From: Bordetella parapertussis
GTDB taxonomy: Bacteria; Pseudomonadota; Gammaproteobacteria; Burkholderiales; SG8-41
Reading direction: 5' to 3'
Assembly (NCBI GenBank): GCA_945893125.1
Contig: CAMDDY010000001.1
Span: forward strand, 1-45,307
Length of the DNA stretch: 45,307 bases
Within the stretch, counting starts at the first letter, position 1; every line of letters begins with the position of its first letter. The position numbers were made by a program, and so were the translations under genes. The notes beneath the pieces are model-generated. The model was not told where the DNA came from and searched no databases. It saw only the letters and a program-made list of their open reading frames with translations. Positions 11,978 to 22,648 of the stretch are shown here, one piece after another.

Positions 11978-13042
11978 TTGATACTCGTCACCGGCGGCGC
12001 AGGATTTATCGGCGCAAATTTTATACTCGACTGGCTTTCGACTGTCGGTACGCCCGTGCTCAATCTGGACAAGCTCACTTACGCGGGCAACCCCGGCAAT
12101 CTGGCAAGCCTTCGCGGTGACCCGCGCCACGTCTTCGTTAAAGGCGATATTAACGATCACGCGCTGGTTGCCGGTTTGTTGAAGCAACATCAACCCGGCG
12201 CCATCGTGCATTTTGCGGCCGAGAGCCATGTCGATCGCTCCATATACGGACCGGCGGAATTCGTGCAAACCAATATCACGGGCACCTTTAATCTGCTGGA
12301 GGAAGCCCGCACGTATTGGACCGCGCTTGCAGAACCCGCGAGACGCAATTTTCGATTTCTGCATGTCTCTACTGATGAGGTTTACGGCTCATTGGGCCCT
12401 GCCGATCCCGCCTTCAGCGAACACACTGCTTATGCACCCAACAGCCCTTACGCAGCTTCGAAAGCCGCCGCGGATCATTTGGTACGGGCTTATCACCATA
12501 CCTATGGCTTGCCGACGATAACAACCAATTGCTCTAACAATTATGGCCCTTTGCAGTTTCCTGAAAAACTGATTCCGCTGATGATACGTAACGCGTGCGA
12601 ACAAAAGCCGCTACCGGTTTATGGCGACGGCCGGCAAGTGCGCGACTGGCTCCATGTGACCGACCATTGCGCGGGCATTCGCGTCGCGTTGCATGAGGGG
12701 CGCACCGGCGAGACTTACAATATCGGCGGCAACAGTGAAAAGGCGAATATCGAGGTGGTGAACATCTTGTGTGCGATCCTGGATGAATTGCGGCCGGGCG
12801 GCGCGCCGCATGCAAAACTGATTGCCTATGTGAAAGACCGTCCGGGGCACGACCGGCGCTACGCCATCAACGCCTCCAAGATAAAGGATGAACTCGGGTG
12901 GGAGCCTGCCGAAAAATTCGAGGAGGGATTACGCAAAACCGTGATGTGGTATCTGGCCAACGAGGACTGGGTGCGCAACGTAAGCAGCGGCGCGTATCGC
13001 AACTGGGTCGAAACCAATTACACCCACCGAGGTACCGCATGA
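11978..13042 (+). CDS. rmlB: dTDP-glucose 4,6-dehydratase
   Basis: 354 aa starting [11 protein letters not shown], with [11 protein letters not shown] (YxxxK). TTG start has GGAG 7 nt upstream. Confidence 0.95.
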   Translation: MILVTGGAGFIGANFILDWLSTVGTPVLNLDKLTYAGNPGNLASLRGDPRHVFVKGDINDHALVAGLLKQHQPGAIVHFAAESHVDRSIYGPAEFVQTNITGTFNLLEEARTYWTALAEPARRNFRFLHVSTDEVYGSLGPADPAFSEHTAYAPNSPYAASKAAADHLVRAYHHTYGLPTITTNCSNNYGPLQFPEKLIPLMIRNACEQKPLPVYGDGRQVRDWLHVTDHCAGIRVALHEGRTGETYNIGGNSEKANIEVVNILCAILDELRPGGAPHAKLIAYVKDRPGHDRRYAINASKIKDELGWEPAEKFEEGLRKTVMWYLANEDWVRNVSSGAYRNWVETNYTHRGTA

Positions 13043-13917
13043 AAGGCATAGTTCTGGCGGGAGGCTCCGGTACGCGCCTCTATCCGGCCACGCAAGTGGT
13101 GTCCAAACAACTGCTGCCGGTGTACGACAAACCGATGGTGTATTACCCGCTGTCAACGCTGATGCTGGCGGGCATACGCGACATTCTCCTGATTTCCACG
13201 CCGCAAGACACGCCACGCTTTCAACAATTGCTCGGCGACGGCCACCAGTGGGGACTTGACATCACCTATGCGGTGCAACCGAGTCCTGATGGCTTGCCGC
13301 AGGCGTTTATCATCGGCGCCGATTTCATCGGCAACGGGCCCTGCACACTGATACTCGGCGACAATATTTTCTACGGCCATGATCTGACGCGCGACCTGAA
13401 GGCCGCGACCGCAAGAACAACGGGCGCCACCATTTTTGCCTATCAGGTGCAGGATCCCGAGCGCTCGGGCGTGGTTGAGTTCGACAAGCACGGCAAGGCC
13501 ATCTCGATCGAGGAAAAACCCAAACAACCGAAATCCCGCTATGCGGTTACCGGATTTTTTGTCTACGACAACAAGGTCGTCGACATCGCGCGCAGCTTGA
13601 AACCGTCCGCACGCGGCGAACTCGAAATCACCGACGTCAACAATGAATACCTGCGGCGCGGCGAGCTTTCCGTCACGCGGTTGGGCCGCGGCGTTGCCTG
13701 GCTTGATACCGGCACACATGAATCTCTGCTGGAAGCTTCGATGTTCATCGAAACCATTGAAAAACGACAAGGATTGAAAATCGCCTGCCCCGAAGAAATC
13801 GCCTATCGCATGGGCTACATAACGGCCAGCCGGCTTGAGGCCAATGCCGCCGCGATGGGCAACAGTCCCTACGGCAAATACCTGAGGGACGTGCTGAAGG
13901 AGCAACACCAGCAATGA
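13039..13917 (+). CDS. rmlA: glucose-1-phosphate thymidylyltransferase
   Basis: Trimmed to [16 protein letters not shown] at 13039. ATGA overlap with the rmlB stop. Confidence 0.95.
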   Translation: MKGIVLAGGSGTRLYPATQVVSKQLLPVYDKPMVYYPLSTLMLAGIRDILLISTPQDTPRFQQLLGDGHQWGLDITYAVQPSPDGLPQAFIIGADFIGNGPCTLILGDNIFYGHDLTRDLKAATARTTGATIFAYQVQDPERSGVVEFDKHGKAISIEEKPKQPKSRYAVTGFFVYDNKVVDIARSLKPSARGELEITDVNNEYLRRGELSVTRLGRGVAWLDTGTHESLLEASMFIETIEKRQGLKIACPEEIAYRMGYITASRLEANAAAMGNSPYGKYLRDVLKEQHQQ

Positions 13918-14459
13918 ACGTCCTGCCGTCCAGCCTGCCTGATGTTTTGATCATCGAGCCCAAGGTGTATGGGGACGCGCGCGGCTTTTTTTTCGAAAGC
14001 TACAACGCACGCGACTTTGCCGAAAAAACCGGCATAACCGCTCAGTTCGTGCAGGATAACCACACGCGAAGCGCCAAAAACGTACTGCGCGGGTTGCATT
14101 ACCAGATCAATCAGCCGCAGGGTAAGCTGGTTCGCGTCACCGAAGGCGAAGTCTTTGATGTCGTGGTGGATGTGCGCAAAAACTCAGCGACTTTTGGACA
14201 GTGGGTATCAGTGACGCTATCTGCAGCCAACCGGCGGATGTTGTGGATCCCTCCGGGTTTCGCACATGGTTTTCTTGTCGTCAGCGACCACGCTGAATTT
14301 CTTTATAAAACAACAGATTACTGGGCGCCGGCGCATGAACGCTGTATTGCTTGGGATGACCCAACCTTGAATATCTCATGGCCGCTGCAAGGCATGCCGG
14401 TGCTGTCACCAAAAGATCAGGGCGGCACGCCCTTTCTCGCCGCCGAGGTTTTTCCGTGA
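13914..14459 (+). CDS. rmlC: dTDP-4-dehydrorhamnose 3,5-epimerase
   Basis: 181 aa. DARGFFFE and GLHYQ motifs. ATGA overlap with rmlA. Confidence 0.95.
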   Translation: MNVLPSSLPDVLIIEPKVYGDARGFFFESYNARDFAEKTGITAQFVQDNHTRSAKNVLRGLHYQINQPQGKLVRVTEGEVFDVVVDVRKNSATFGQWVSVTLSAANRRMLWIPPGFAHGFLVVSDHAEFLYKTTDYWAPAHERCIAWDDPTLNISWPLQGMPVLSPKDQGGTPFLAAEVFP

Positions 14460-15370
14460 AGACCATTTTGTTGATCGGCAAGAACGGCCAAGTCGGCTGG
14501 GAATTAGAACGCGCGTTGCCTGCCGTCGGGAGCGTCATTGCACTTGATCGCGGGCAACTGGATCTGACACAGCCGGACGCCATTCGCAAGGTGATACGCG
14601 ACCTGTCGCCCGACATCATCGTCAATGCGGCGGGCTATACGGCGGTGGATAAGGCCGAAGTGGAAGCCGAACTTGCCATGCAGATAAACGCAACGGCGCC
14701 CGGCATCATGGCGGAGGAAGCCAAGCGTATCAACGCGCTACTCGTTCATTACTCGACCGACTATGTATTCGATGGCACGAGCGCGGCGCCGTATGTCGAA
14801 GACGACACGCCGAATCCGGTCAACGTGTACGGAAAATCGAAGCTCGAGGGAGAGCGCGCCATAGCTGCCGTGGGCTGCGCACATTTGATATTGCGTACTA
14901 GCTGGATTTACAGCCCCCGCAGCACTAATTTCGTCTTAACCATGCTCCGGCTCGCTAGGGAACGGAAGGAAATCGCTGTTGTTGACGATCAGATAGGTTC
15001 GCCCACCTCGGCACGAGAACTCGCGAAGACGACTACCGAATTGCTTGAAAAATTCAGGGGCGCTAACGAACATATCGGGGTATTTCACTTGTCGGCAAGC
15101 GGGTACACGTCGCGCTTTGACCTCGCGAAAGAAATCGTTAAAATCGCCGCAGGTTTCCCTGGCGAGTGGGCCGTGCATGCCACGGTTCGCGCGGCCACAA
15201 CCGAAAACTATCCGTTACCTGCGGCGCGGCCGCTTAATGCATCCACAAGCAAAGAAAAGATCAAACGAATTTTTGGCATTGAAATGCTGGCGTGGGAATA
15301 TCAGATTCAAACCAGCCTGAAGGAGCTGTTAGCAGTAAGCACATCGTTGCCAACTACACTCGCAAAATAG
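14456..15370 (+). CDS. rmlD: dTDP-4-dehydrorhamnose reductase
   Basis: Trimmed to the GTG at 14456 ([17 protein letters not shown]), giving a GTGA overlap with the rmlC stop. STDYVFDG and YGKSKLEGE motifs. Confidence 0.9.
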   Translation: MKTILLIGKNGQVGWELERALPAVGSVIALDRGQLDLTQPDAIRKVIRDLSPDIIVNAAGYTAVDKAEVEAELAMQINATAPGIMAEEAKRINALLVHYSTDYVFDGTSAAPYVEDDTPNPVNVYGKSKLEGERAIAAVGCAHLILRTSWIYSPRSTNFVLTMLRLARERKEIAVVDDQIGSPTSARELAKTTTELLEKFRGANEHIGVFHLSASGYTSRFDLAKEIVKIAAGFPGEWAVHATVRAATTENYPLPAARPLNASTSKEKIKRIFGIEMLAWEYQIQTSLKELLAVSTSLPTTLAK

Positions 15371-15609
15371 GGCATCCGTCACCAACTGCTGCAATCCGCC
15401 CGGCACATGGCTACGACAATAATGGCACGGTGCGCCGTTATTGTATATTGTGCCGGGGCGCAATTTCGTGTGGCACTGAGATGCCGGGGCACGATAAAAT
15501 CGTTTCCATTGCAACTTGTCTACTGTGAAGGCCAAAGGTCTACTTCAAATATGAATATTTGAGGCACATCGCTTCAAATTAAATGTTGGCTAATCGATCC
15601 GAGTAATAG

Positions 15610-17589
15610 ATGATGCTAAATCTTTGGCAAGCACAAGAAGCCGCCACACACGAGAGTAATCTTTCCCTTCGGGTATACTCCTCGCAGTTGCTGGGTCGCG
15701 ACCATACGCTTGTGCTACACGGGGGTGGCAACACTTCCGTCAAGGTCGTAGAAACAAATGCCGTTGGAGAATCCGAGAAGATTCTCTACGTAAAGGGGAG
15801 CGGGTGGGACTTGGAGACAATCCAGGAGCCAGGCTTCTCGCCGGTACGAATGGATCATTTGCTTAAGCTCGCGCTACTGGATTCCCTATCCGACCCTGAG
15901 ATGATGAATGAGCTTTCTACGCAGATGATCCGGGCCGGTGCACCGGCACCCTCAGTGGAAACCATTCTACACGCTATACTTCCTTACGCCTTCGTCGATC
16001 ATACACACGCGGATGCTTTACTTGCGATAGCCAACACAGCGGACGGGGAACAGCGGATTCATGAAATCTTCGGCAACGACGTAGTCGTGATCCCATATGT
16101 GATGCCTGGATTCGATCTTGCGCGGTTGAGCGCGCGACTGTTCCCGGCACAAGCGCACTCGGGAACGATCGGTATGGTATTGATGAACCATGGAATTTTT
16201 TCGTTTGGAAACACTGCGCGGGAGTCTTATGACCGCATGATCGCGTTGGTATCGCGCGCCGAAGATTACCTCGCGCGACACAGTGCCTGGAGGCTTCCAG
16301 TGCCCGTTGAGCAGCCTGTATCACATGCGTTGCGGCTGGAGATTGCAGAGTTGCGTCGCGAAGTCTCGTCATGCGCTGGTTTTCCAGTCGTTCTTGCCAC
16401 GCATGCCCAACCCGGATTTCTGGAATTCGCGCGGCGTGACGACGTAAGGCGTCTTTCACAGCAGGGGCCAGCAACGCCAGATCATTCCATCCGCACCAAA
16501 AGACTGCCAATGGTGGGGCGTGACGTACTGGCATACGCCGAAACCTATCGTACCTATTTCGAATGCAATGCGCCTGCCGCAAAGACGCCCAAAACCATGC
16601 TAGATCCGGCGCCACGAGTAATTCTCGATAAAGCGTTCGGATTGGGGTGCGTCGGACGCTCGGCGAAGGACGCAAAAATAGTACACGACATCTATGCCCA
16701 CACCATCGACATCATCCTGCGCGCGACTGCGCTCGGCGGCTGGCAGGCATTGCCCGAGAAGGATATCTTCGACGTCGAGTACTGGGATCTTGAACAGGCA
16801 AAGCTGAAGAAAGCCGGCACACCTCCGGTTTTTGCCGGCGAGGTGGCACTCATCACCGGCGCCGCGTCGGGCATCGGCAAAGCGTGCGCGGAATCCTTTC
16901 TCAAGCGGGGCGCGGCGGTAGTCGGGCTCGATATCAGCGCGGAAATCGACAATGTCTTTGCCGGCCGACCGGATTTCCTGGGACTCAAGTGCGACGTAAC
17001 GTCGGACGATGCTCTGGTTGCTGCGCTGGAGTCAGGCGTACGCGCATTCGGCGGCCTCGACATGCTGGTGCTCAATGCCGGAATCTTTCCGGGAGGCACA
17101 CGTATCGAGTCGTTGGCAAGCAATGAGTGGCGGCAGGTGATGCGAGTCAACCTCGATGCCAACCTCGCGCTGATGCGCGAATGCCTGCCGCTGCTCAAGC
17201 AGGCGCCGAACGGCGGGCGCGTCGTCATTGTCGGATCCAAGAATGTGCCCGCGCCGGGGCCAGGTGCGGCGGCGTACTCGGCATCGAAGGCTGCGCTGAC
17301 GCAGCTTGCCCGCGTTGCTGCGCTGGAATGGGGTGCCGAAAACATCCGCGTGAACACGATCCATCCCAATGCCGTGTTCGATACCGCCATCTGGTCGGAT
17401 GACGTACTCGCCGCGCGCGCCAAGCACTATGGCCTGTCGGTTGCGGAGTACAAAACCAATAATGTTCTCAGAACCGAAGTCAGAAGCCGCGACGTGGCTG
17501 AACTCGCTGCTGAGATGTGCGGCCCCCTGTTCGCCAAGACGACCGGCGCCCAAGTCCCAGTGGATGGAGGCAACGACCGCGTTATTTGA
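15610..17589 (+). CDS. bifunctional class II aldolase / short-chain dehydrogenase fusion (RhaEW/YuxG-type)
   Basis: 659 aa. N-terminal class II aldolase/adducin-like region has VLHGGGNTSVK and FVDHTHAD. C-terminal classical SDR has TGAASGIGKA and YSASKAAL. Confidence 0.85.
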   Translation: MMLNLWQAQEAATHESNLSLRVYSSQLLGRDHTLVLHGGGNTSVKVVETNAVGESEKILYVKGSGWDLETIQEPGFSPVRMDHLLKLALLDSLSDPEMMNELSTQMIRAGAPAPSVETILHAILPYAFVDHTHADALLAIANTADGEQRIHEIFGNDVVVIPYVMPGFDLARLSARLFPAQAHSGTIGMVLMNHGIFSFGNTARESYDRMIALVSRAEDYLARHSAWRLPVPVEQPVSHALRLEIAELRREVSSCAGFPVVLATHAQPGFLEFARRDDVRRLSQQGPATPDHSIRTKRLPMVGRDVLAYAETYRTYFECNAPAAKTPKTMLDPAPRVILDKAFGLGCVGRSAKDAKIVHDIYAHTIDIILRATALGGWQALPEKDIFDVEYWDLEQAKLKKAGTPPVFAGEVALITGAASGIGKACAESFLKRGAAVVGLDISAEIDNVFAGRPDFLGLKCDVTSDDALVAALESGVRAFGGLDMLVLNAGIFPGGTRIESLASNEWRQVMRVNLDANLALMRECLPLLKQAPNGGRVVIVGSKNVPAPGPGAAAYSASKAALTQLARVAALEWGAENIRVNTIHPNAVFDTAIWSDDVLAARAKHYGLSVAEYKTNNVLRTEVRSRDVAELAAEMCGPLFAKTTGAQVPVDGGNDRVI

Positions 17590-17712
17590 AACGGCGATGT
17601 TTTAATGAGTACTATGTAGCATGCGGTATGATTCGTTAACTATTTTATTTTAAATGACTAAATATCATATCTGAATCTCGGAGCAAGGCCGGAAAACAGG
17701 GAGAAATAGGGC

Positions 17713-18573
17713 ATGCTGGCGGTTATCGGCGGGAGCGGTGTTTATAACATCGAGGGGCTCGCCAACACGCGGTGGGTGAAAGTGAATTCGCCGTTCGGCA
17801 CACCGTCCGACGAACTGTTGCTCGGTGAACTGAATGGCCAGCCGATGGCTTTCCTGCCGCGGCACGGGCGCGGACATCGTATACCGCCGTCGGAAATCAA
17901 CTTTCGCGCCAACATCGACGCGCTGAAACGCGCGGGCGCCACGCAAATCGTTTCTGTGAGCGCCGTAGGTTCGCTGAAGGAGCATCTTGCGCCGGGCATG
18001 TTCGTGATCGTGGATCAGTTCATTGATCGGACATTTGCCCGCGCCAAATCCTTTTTCGGCAGCGGTTTGGTCGCCCATGTCTCAATGGCGCATCCGGTCT
18101 GCGCGCGCCTCGGCGATGCGGTCGGGCAAGCTGCGGTGGAAGCCGGCATCCCTCATACACGCGGCGGAACCTATCTGGTGATGGAAGGACCGCAGTTCTC
18201 CAGCCTCGCGGAGTCTACGCTCTACCGATCATGGAACTGCGACGTGATCGGCATGACCAATATGCCCGAGGCGAAGCTCGCTCGCGAAGCGGAGATGTGT
18301 TACGCAACCGTCGCCATGGTGACAGATTACGACTGCTGGCATCCTGATCACGATCACGTGACAGTGGAAATGATCATCGGCACCCTCCTCGCCAATGCCG
18401 AGAAAGCGCGCACGCTCGTCAAGCTGGCGGCCCCCATAGCGCGGCTGGCGGGCCTTTGTCCGCACGGCTGTCAAACATCCCTAGAGCACGCGCTGATCAC
18501 GGCCCCTGAAGCGAGAGATTCCGAAATGGTAAAGCGCCTAGACGCGGTGGCTGGACGCGTGCTGAAACGTTAA
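17713..18573 (+). CDS. mtnP: S-methyl-5'-thioadenosine phosphorylase
   Basis: 286 aa. AVIGGSG, FLPRHGRGH and MTNMPEAKLAREAE motifs are typical of MTAP. Confidence 0.9.
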   Translation: MLAVIGGSGVYNIEGLANTRWVKVNSPFGTPSDELLLGELNGQPMAFLPRHGRGHRIPPSEINFRANIDALKRAGATQIVSVSAVGSLKEHLAPGMFVIVDQFIDRTFARAKSFFGSGLVAHVSMAHPVCARLGDAVGQAAVEAGIPHTRGGTYLVMEGPQFSSLAESTLYRSWNCDVIGMTNMPEAKLAREAEMCYATVAMVTDYDCWHPDHDHVTVEMIIGTLLANAEKARTLVKLAAPIARLAGLCPHGCQTSLEHALITAPEARDSEMVKRLDAVAGRVLKR

Positions 18574-18597
18574 TCCGTAAACACGAGAGATATCGCC

Positions 18598-19125
18598 ATG
18601 ACGATCAAGTCACACATTCGCACGATTCCCCACTATCCCAAACACGGAATCATGTTCCGCGACATCACCACGCTACTTAAGGATCCAGTAGGTTTTCAAC
18701 TGACGATCAACGACCTCGTAAAGCGCTACAGTAGCGTCAAAATCGACAAGGTTGCCGGCATCGAGTCGCGCGGGTTCATCATCGGGGCAGCCTTGGCATA
18801 TGAATTGGGCAAGGGTTTTATTCCCATCCGCAAGAAGGGAAAACTGCCCGCAGAGACCATCGGTCACGATTATGAGCTCGAATACGGCTCGGACCGGGTC
18901 GAGATTCACATCGATGCCGTCAGCAAGGGAGAGAAAGTGCTGTTGGTGGACGACCTCATCGCTACCGGTGGAACGGCGGAAGCGGGCGCCGCGTTGATCG
19001 AGTCGGCGGGCGGCAGCGTCGTGGAATGCTGTTTTGTCATCGATCTTCCGGACATCGGCGGGCGCAAGCGATTGGAAGCGAAGGGCTACAAGGTTTTCGC
19101 CCTTTGCGAATTCGAGGGCGAATGA
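18598..19125 (+). CDS. apt: adenine phosphoribosyltransferase
   Basis: 175 aa. FRDITTLL and PRPP loop VLLVDDLIATGGTA. Confidence 0.95.
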   Translation: MTIKSHIRTIPHYPKHGIMFRDITTLLKDPVGFQLTINDLVKRYSSVKIDKVAGIESRGFIIGAALAYELGKGFIPIRKKGKLPAETIGHDYELEYGSDRVEIHIDAVSKGEKVLLVDDLIATGGTAEAGAALIESAGGSVVECCFVIDLPDIGGRKRLEAKGYKVFALCEFEGE

Positions 19126-20186
19126 CCGTGGCACATTATGTGCCGTCTTCGGGCGTCGAGACGCTGCGCTGGCGGGACAACCGCATCGAAATGATTGATC
19201 AGCGGGTACTGCCGGCGCGTTTCGATTATCTCGCCTATGATTCCGCACAAGGCGTGGCCGATGCCATACGCAGCATGGTCCTGCGCGGCGCCCCGGCCAT
19301 CGGTTGCGCGGCGGCCTATGGCGTCGCGTTGGAATCACGGCGTATCCGGGGTTTCCCGCCATCCGACTTCTTCGCGCAAATGAATCAGGCGTTTGACTTA
19401 CTGGGGAAAAGCTGCCCCACAGCCGTCAACCTGTTTTGGGCGCTGCGCCGGATGCGAGAGCTCCTGCAACAGATGATATCGCTTCCCGCAGAGCGCATTG
19501 CCGACCGTCTGATCGAGGAAGCGCATAACATTCTCGCCGAGGACGTGAAAATCAATCGAGAAATGGGACGGCATGGTTCGGCACTGCTCGCGGACGGAGC
19601 ACGGGTGCTTACGCATTGCAATGCGGGGGCGCTTGCCACTGCGGGTCACGGCACGGCGCTGGGCGTTATACGTTCCGCTATCGAGGCCGGCAAACACATC
19701 TCGGTCTTCGCCGACGAGACACGGCCTTTTTTGCAGGGCGCGCGTCTCACCGTGTGGGAACTCATGCAGGAACGCATTCCGGTGACACTGATCACAGACA
19801 ATATGGCGGGACATCTGATGAGCCATGGTGATGTGGACGCCGTCATTGTGAGTGCGGATCGCGTCGCAGCCAACGGTGATGTTGCGAACAAGATAGGAAC
19901 CTATATGGTGGCAGTACTCGCCAATCGGCACAGCATACCGTTTTATGTTGCCGCACCGCTTTCCACCATCGATTTGCAATTGCCCAGTGGGGTACACATA
20001 CCGATTGAAGAACGCACTTCAGACGAAGTACGCGGATTTGCAGACACTCAGTGGGCGCCATCGGAAGTATTGGTGCGCAATCCGGCTTTCGACATAACAC
20101 CTGCCGAACTCATTACAGCGCTAATCACGGAAAACGGCATCGTGACAACACCCAATCGCGAAAAAATTACCGCCCTGTTTGGATAA
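19122..20186 (+). CDS. mtnA: S-methyl-5-thioribose-1-phosphate isomerase
   Basis: Trimmed to ATG 19122 (MTVAHYVPSS...), giving an ATGA overlap with the apt stop. eIF-2B-like MtnA sequence: RGAPAIG, HCNAGALAT, GADRVAANGDVANKIGTY. Confidence 0.9.
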   Translation: MTVAHYVPSSGVETLRWRDNRIEMIDQRVLPARFDYLAYDSAQGVADAIRSMVLRGAPAIGCAAAYGVALESRRIRGFPPSDFFAQMNQAFDLLGKSCPTAVNLFWALRRMRELLQQMISLPAERIADRLIEEAHNILAEDVKINREMGRHGSALLADGARVLTHCNAGALATAGHGTALGVIRSAIEAGKHISVFADETRPFLQGARLTVWELMQERIPVTLITDNMAGHLMSHGDVDAVIVSADRVAANGDVANKIGTYMVAVLANRHSIPFYVAAPLSTIDLQLPSGVHIPIEERTSDEVRGFADTQWAPSEVLVRNPAFDITPAELITALITENGIVTTPNREKITALFG

Positions 20187-20286
20187 GCCTGCGAAGGGGA
20201 GTTCCATTTATACTTGCTATTTGGTTTCGGGATCATTGCCTTTTCGAAGATAGGCGTTCACCCCGCTTAATTTAATCATCGGGAAA

Positions 20287-21573
20287 TTGCTTTTGCCAAC
20301 AGTCGCTGTAATAGGCTTGGGTTACGTAGGGCTGCCGCTTGCAGTTGAATTCGGCAAACACTTTCACACCATTGGCTTCGATATTTCCGTTCAGCGTGTC
20401 GCTGATTGCACTAGCCGCATTGATCCCAATGGCGAAGTGACACGTGCTGATTTTGATGTCGCCGCCAAGCTGCGTGTGACGAACGATGCGCATGCGCTCG
20501 CACAGGCTGATTACATCATCATTGCCGTACCCACACCGGTAGATGCCGCACACCAGCCCGACTTCTCTGCTCTCTTGGCAGCCAGCCGCATTGCGGGCGA
20601 GCATATGAAAAAGGGTGCAGTCATCGTTTATGAATCGACCGTCTATCCCGGTGCTACCGAGGAAATTTGTATACCAGCCCTCGAGCAGCATTCGGGCATG
20701 AAATGGCAAACCGGCTTTCATGTCGGCTATTCACCGGAGCGCGTCAATCCGGGCGACAAAAATCACACGCTAACAAATATCATGAAGGTAGTCGCGGGAG
20801 ACAGTCCGGAGACTTTGCAGAAAGTCGCGCAGCTATACGGCACAGTGGTCAAAGCCGGGATTCATCGTGCAAGCAGCATCATAGTCGCGGAAGCGGCGAA
20901 GGTCATTGAGAACACACAGCGTGATCTCAATATCGCGTTGATGAATGAGCTGGCCATAATATTTAACAGGCTGGGCATCGATACGCTGGAGGTTCTGGAA
21001 GCAGCCGGCACGAAATGGAATTTTCTTCCGTTTCGGCCGGGGCTGGTCGGCGGGCACTGCATCGGAGTTGATCCATATTACCTGACCCACAAGGCAGAAA
21101 AGCTCGGCTATCACCCGGAAGTCATTCTCGCCGGGCGCCGGATCAACGACGCGATGGGACAGTTTGTCGCAGAGCAAACCGTGAAGCACATGGTCCGTGC
21201 CGGCCTGCAAGTCACGGGATCCAAAGTCAGCGTCCTGGGCGTGACGTTCAAGGAAAACTGCCCGGACCTGCGTAACACTAAAGTTATCGATATCGTGCGT
21301 GAGCTAGAGCGTTTCGGCATCCGTGTTCAGGTGCATGATCCGGTCGCATCACCCTCAGACGCGAATCGCGAATACGGAATTGACTTATTGCCGTGGGATG
21401 CGCTACCCAAGGCTCAGGCCCTGATCGTCGCTGTTGCTCACGACCAATTCCTGGCCAGACCCGTGCCTGATTACATTGAAAAACTGGAGGCGGGCGGATG
21501 TTTCGTCGACGTGAAATCGAAGTTCGATTGCAACGAGCTTAAGCGGCGCGGTCTTGCGGTCTGGCGTCTGTAG
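20287..21573 (+). CDS. wbpO: UDP-N-acetyl-D-galactosamine (hexosamine) 6-dehydrogenase, WbpO/TviB type
   Basis: 428 aa. Rossmann motif VIGLGYVGLPLA and catalytic-Cys motif GGHCIGVDP. TTG start, so the N-terminus is uncertain by 2 codons. Confidence 0.8.
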   Translation: MLLPTVAVIGLGYVGLPLAVEFGKHFHTIGFDISVQRVADCTSRIDPNGEVTRADFDVAAKLRVTNDAHALAQADYIIIAVPTPVDAAHQPDFSALLAASRIAGEHMKKGAVIVYESTVYPGATEEICIPALEQHSGMKWQTGFHVGYSPERVNPGDKNHTLTNIMKVVAGDSPETLQKVAQLYGTVVKAGIHRASSIIVAEAAKVIENTQRDLNIALMNELAIIFNRLGIDTLEVLEAAGTKWNFLPFRPGLVGGHCIGVDPYYLTHKAEKLGYHPEVILAGRRINDAMGQFVAEQTVKHMVRAGLQVTGSKVSVLGVTFKENCPDLRNTKVIDIVRELERFGIRVQVHDPVASPSDANREYGIDLLPWDALPKAQALIVAVAHDQFLARPVPDYIEKLEAGGCFVDVKSKFDCNELKRRGLAVWRL

Positions 21574-21586
21574 CTCGTATTGACCT

Positions 21587-22627
21587 ATGCCTGCTGCCAT
21601 CCGTGCGCTCAAGACCCGGCTGCTGAACGAGCGGTACGTCTGGCTGGTGACCGGCGTGGCGGGCTTCATCGGCTCCAATCTGCTCGAAGCGCTGCTCAAA
21701 CTGGATCAGGATGTCATTGGTCTGGATAATTTCGCCACGGGTTATCCGCACAATCTTGAAGAAGTGCGTGAGCAGGTGTCCTCGCAACAATGGCAGCGCT
21801 TCCGCTTCGTGGATGGAGATATTCGCAAGCTTGACGACTGCAGGCACGCAGTTGAGGGCGCGACCTATGTGCTCCATCAGGCTGCGGTCGGCAGCGTACC
21901 CAGGTCGGTCGTGGATCCAATCCTCAGTCACGAAGTCAACAGCGGCGGCTTTCTCAATATCCTCCTAGCGGCGCGCGATGCGAAAATAAAACGCATGGTG
22001 TATGCATCATCGAGCTCGGTCTATGGCGACGAGCCTGCGCTGCCCAAGGTTGAGGATAGAATCGGCGTGCCGCTTTCGCCATACGCCTTGAACAAGCGGA
22101 CGAATGAGGAATACGCCACGATATTTTCCAGGTGCTACGGCTTTCATGCGACGGGGCTGCGCTATTTCAACGTATTCGGGCCGCGCCAAGATCCCGATGG
22201 CGCGTACGCGGCGGTCATTCCAAAATGGATCTCCAGCATGCTCAAGGGCGAGCCGGTCTATATCAACGGCGATGGCGAAACCAGCCGCGATTTCTGCTTC
22301 GTGGCAAACGCGGTGCAGGCCAATTTGCTGGCGGCTACCGTGGAAGATCCCGCAGCCGTGGGCCAAGCCTACAATGTTGCCGTGCAGGAGCGCACGACCC
22401 TTAACCAGCTTTTTGCCCTGGTTCGATCCGAGCTCGCGCCACATTTCCCACGCGTTGCTCAGTTGCAGCCGCTACACCGTGAACTCAGGCAGGGCGATAT
22501 CCGGCATTCGCTGGCCGACATCAGCAAGGCGAAAAAGCTGCTCGGCTACGCCCCCACCGACGGTGTTGTCGAAGGCCTCAAAAAAGCGATGGACTGGTAT
22601 ATTGTCAACGCCGCAAAGCGCGCGTGA
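21587..22627 (+). CDS. wbpP: UDP-GlcNAc/UDP-GalNAc C4-epimerase, WbpP/TviC type
   Basis: 346 aa. From memory it is almost colinear with P. aeruginosa WbpP: [56 protein letters not shown]. Confidence 0.8.
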   Translation: MPAAIRALKTRLLNERYVWLVTGVAGFIGSNLLEALLKLDQDVIGLDNFATGYPHNLEEVREQVSSQQWQRFRFVDGDIRKLDDCRHAVEGATYVLHQAAVGSVPRSVVDPILSHEVNSGGFLNILLAARDAKIKRMVYASSSSVYGDEPALPKVEDRIGVPLSPYALNKRTNEEYATIFSRCYGFHATGLRYFNVFGPRQDPDGAYAAVIPKWISSMLKGEPVYINGDGETSRDFCFVANAVQANLLAATVEDPAAVGQAYNVAVQERTTLNQLFALVRSELAPHFPRVAQLQPLHRELRQGDIRHSLADISKAKKLLGYAPTDGVVEGLKKAMDWYIVNAAKRA

Positions 22628-22648
22628 GCAACGACGCTGAAATACCTG

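Noticed and set aside
12898-13038. N-terminal extensions offered by the track for rmlA (12898), rmlD (14378), mtnA (19026), tolC (7569), rhodanese (1001), FkbM (42276), Gfo/Idh/MocA (29822), the UGDH-like gene (28884) and the methyltransferase (26728)
   Set aside because: The extensions overlap the upstream gene and add non-homologous sequence. Internal starts give canonical N-termini and ATGA/GTGA/1-nt coupling overlaps.
15610-17589. Reading the aldolase/SDR fusion as rhamnulose-1-phosphate aldolase/lactaldehyde dehydrogenase (RhaEW) because it follows the rml genes
   Set aside because: Not adopted as the primary call. The rml genes are biosynthetic, not catabolic. No rhaA/rhaB/rhaM or rhamnose transporter is nearby, and the gene heads a unit with mtnP-apt-mtnA. 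It remains the main alternative and is listed as the refutation test.
15610-20186. Idea that the mtnP/mtnA module makes a methylthio-pentose (as in mycobacterial methylthioxylose) to decorate the glycan
   Set aside because: No nucleotidyl- or polyprenyl-phosphate transferase for such a sugar is present, and the presence of apt points to adenine recycling, that is, salvage. Pure speculation.
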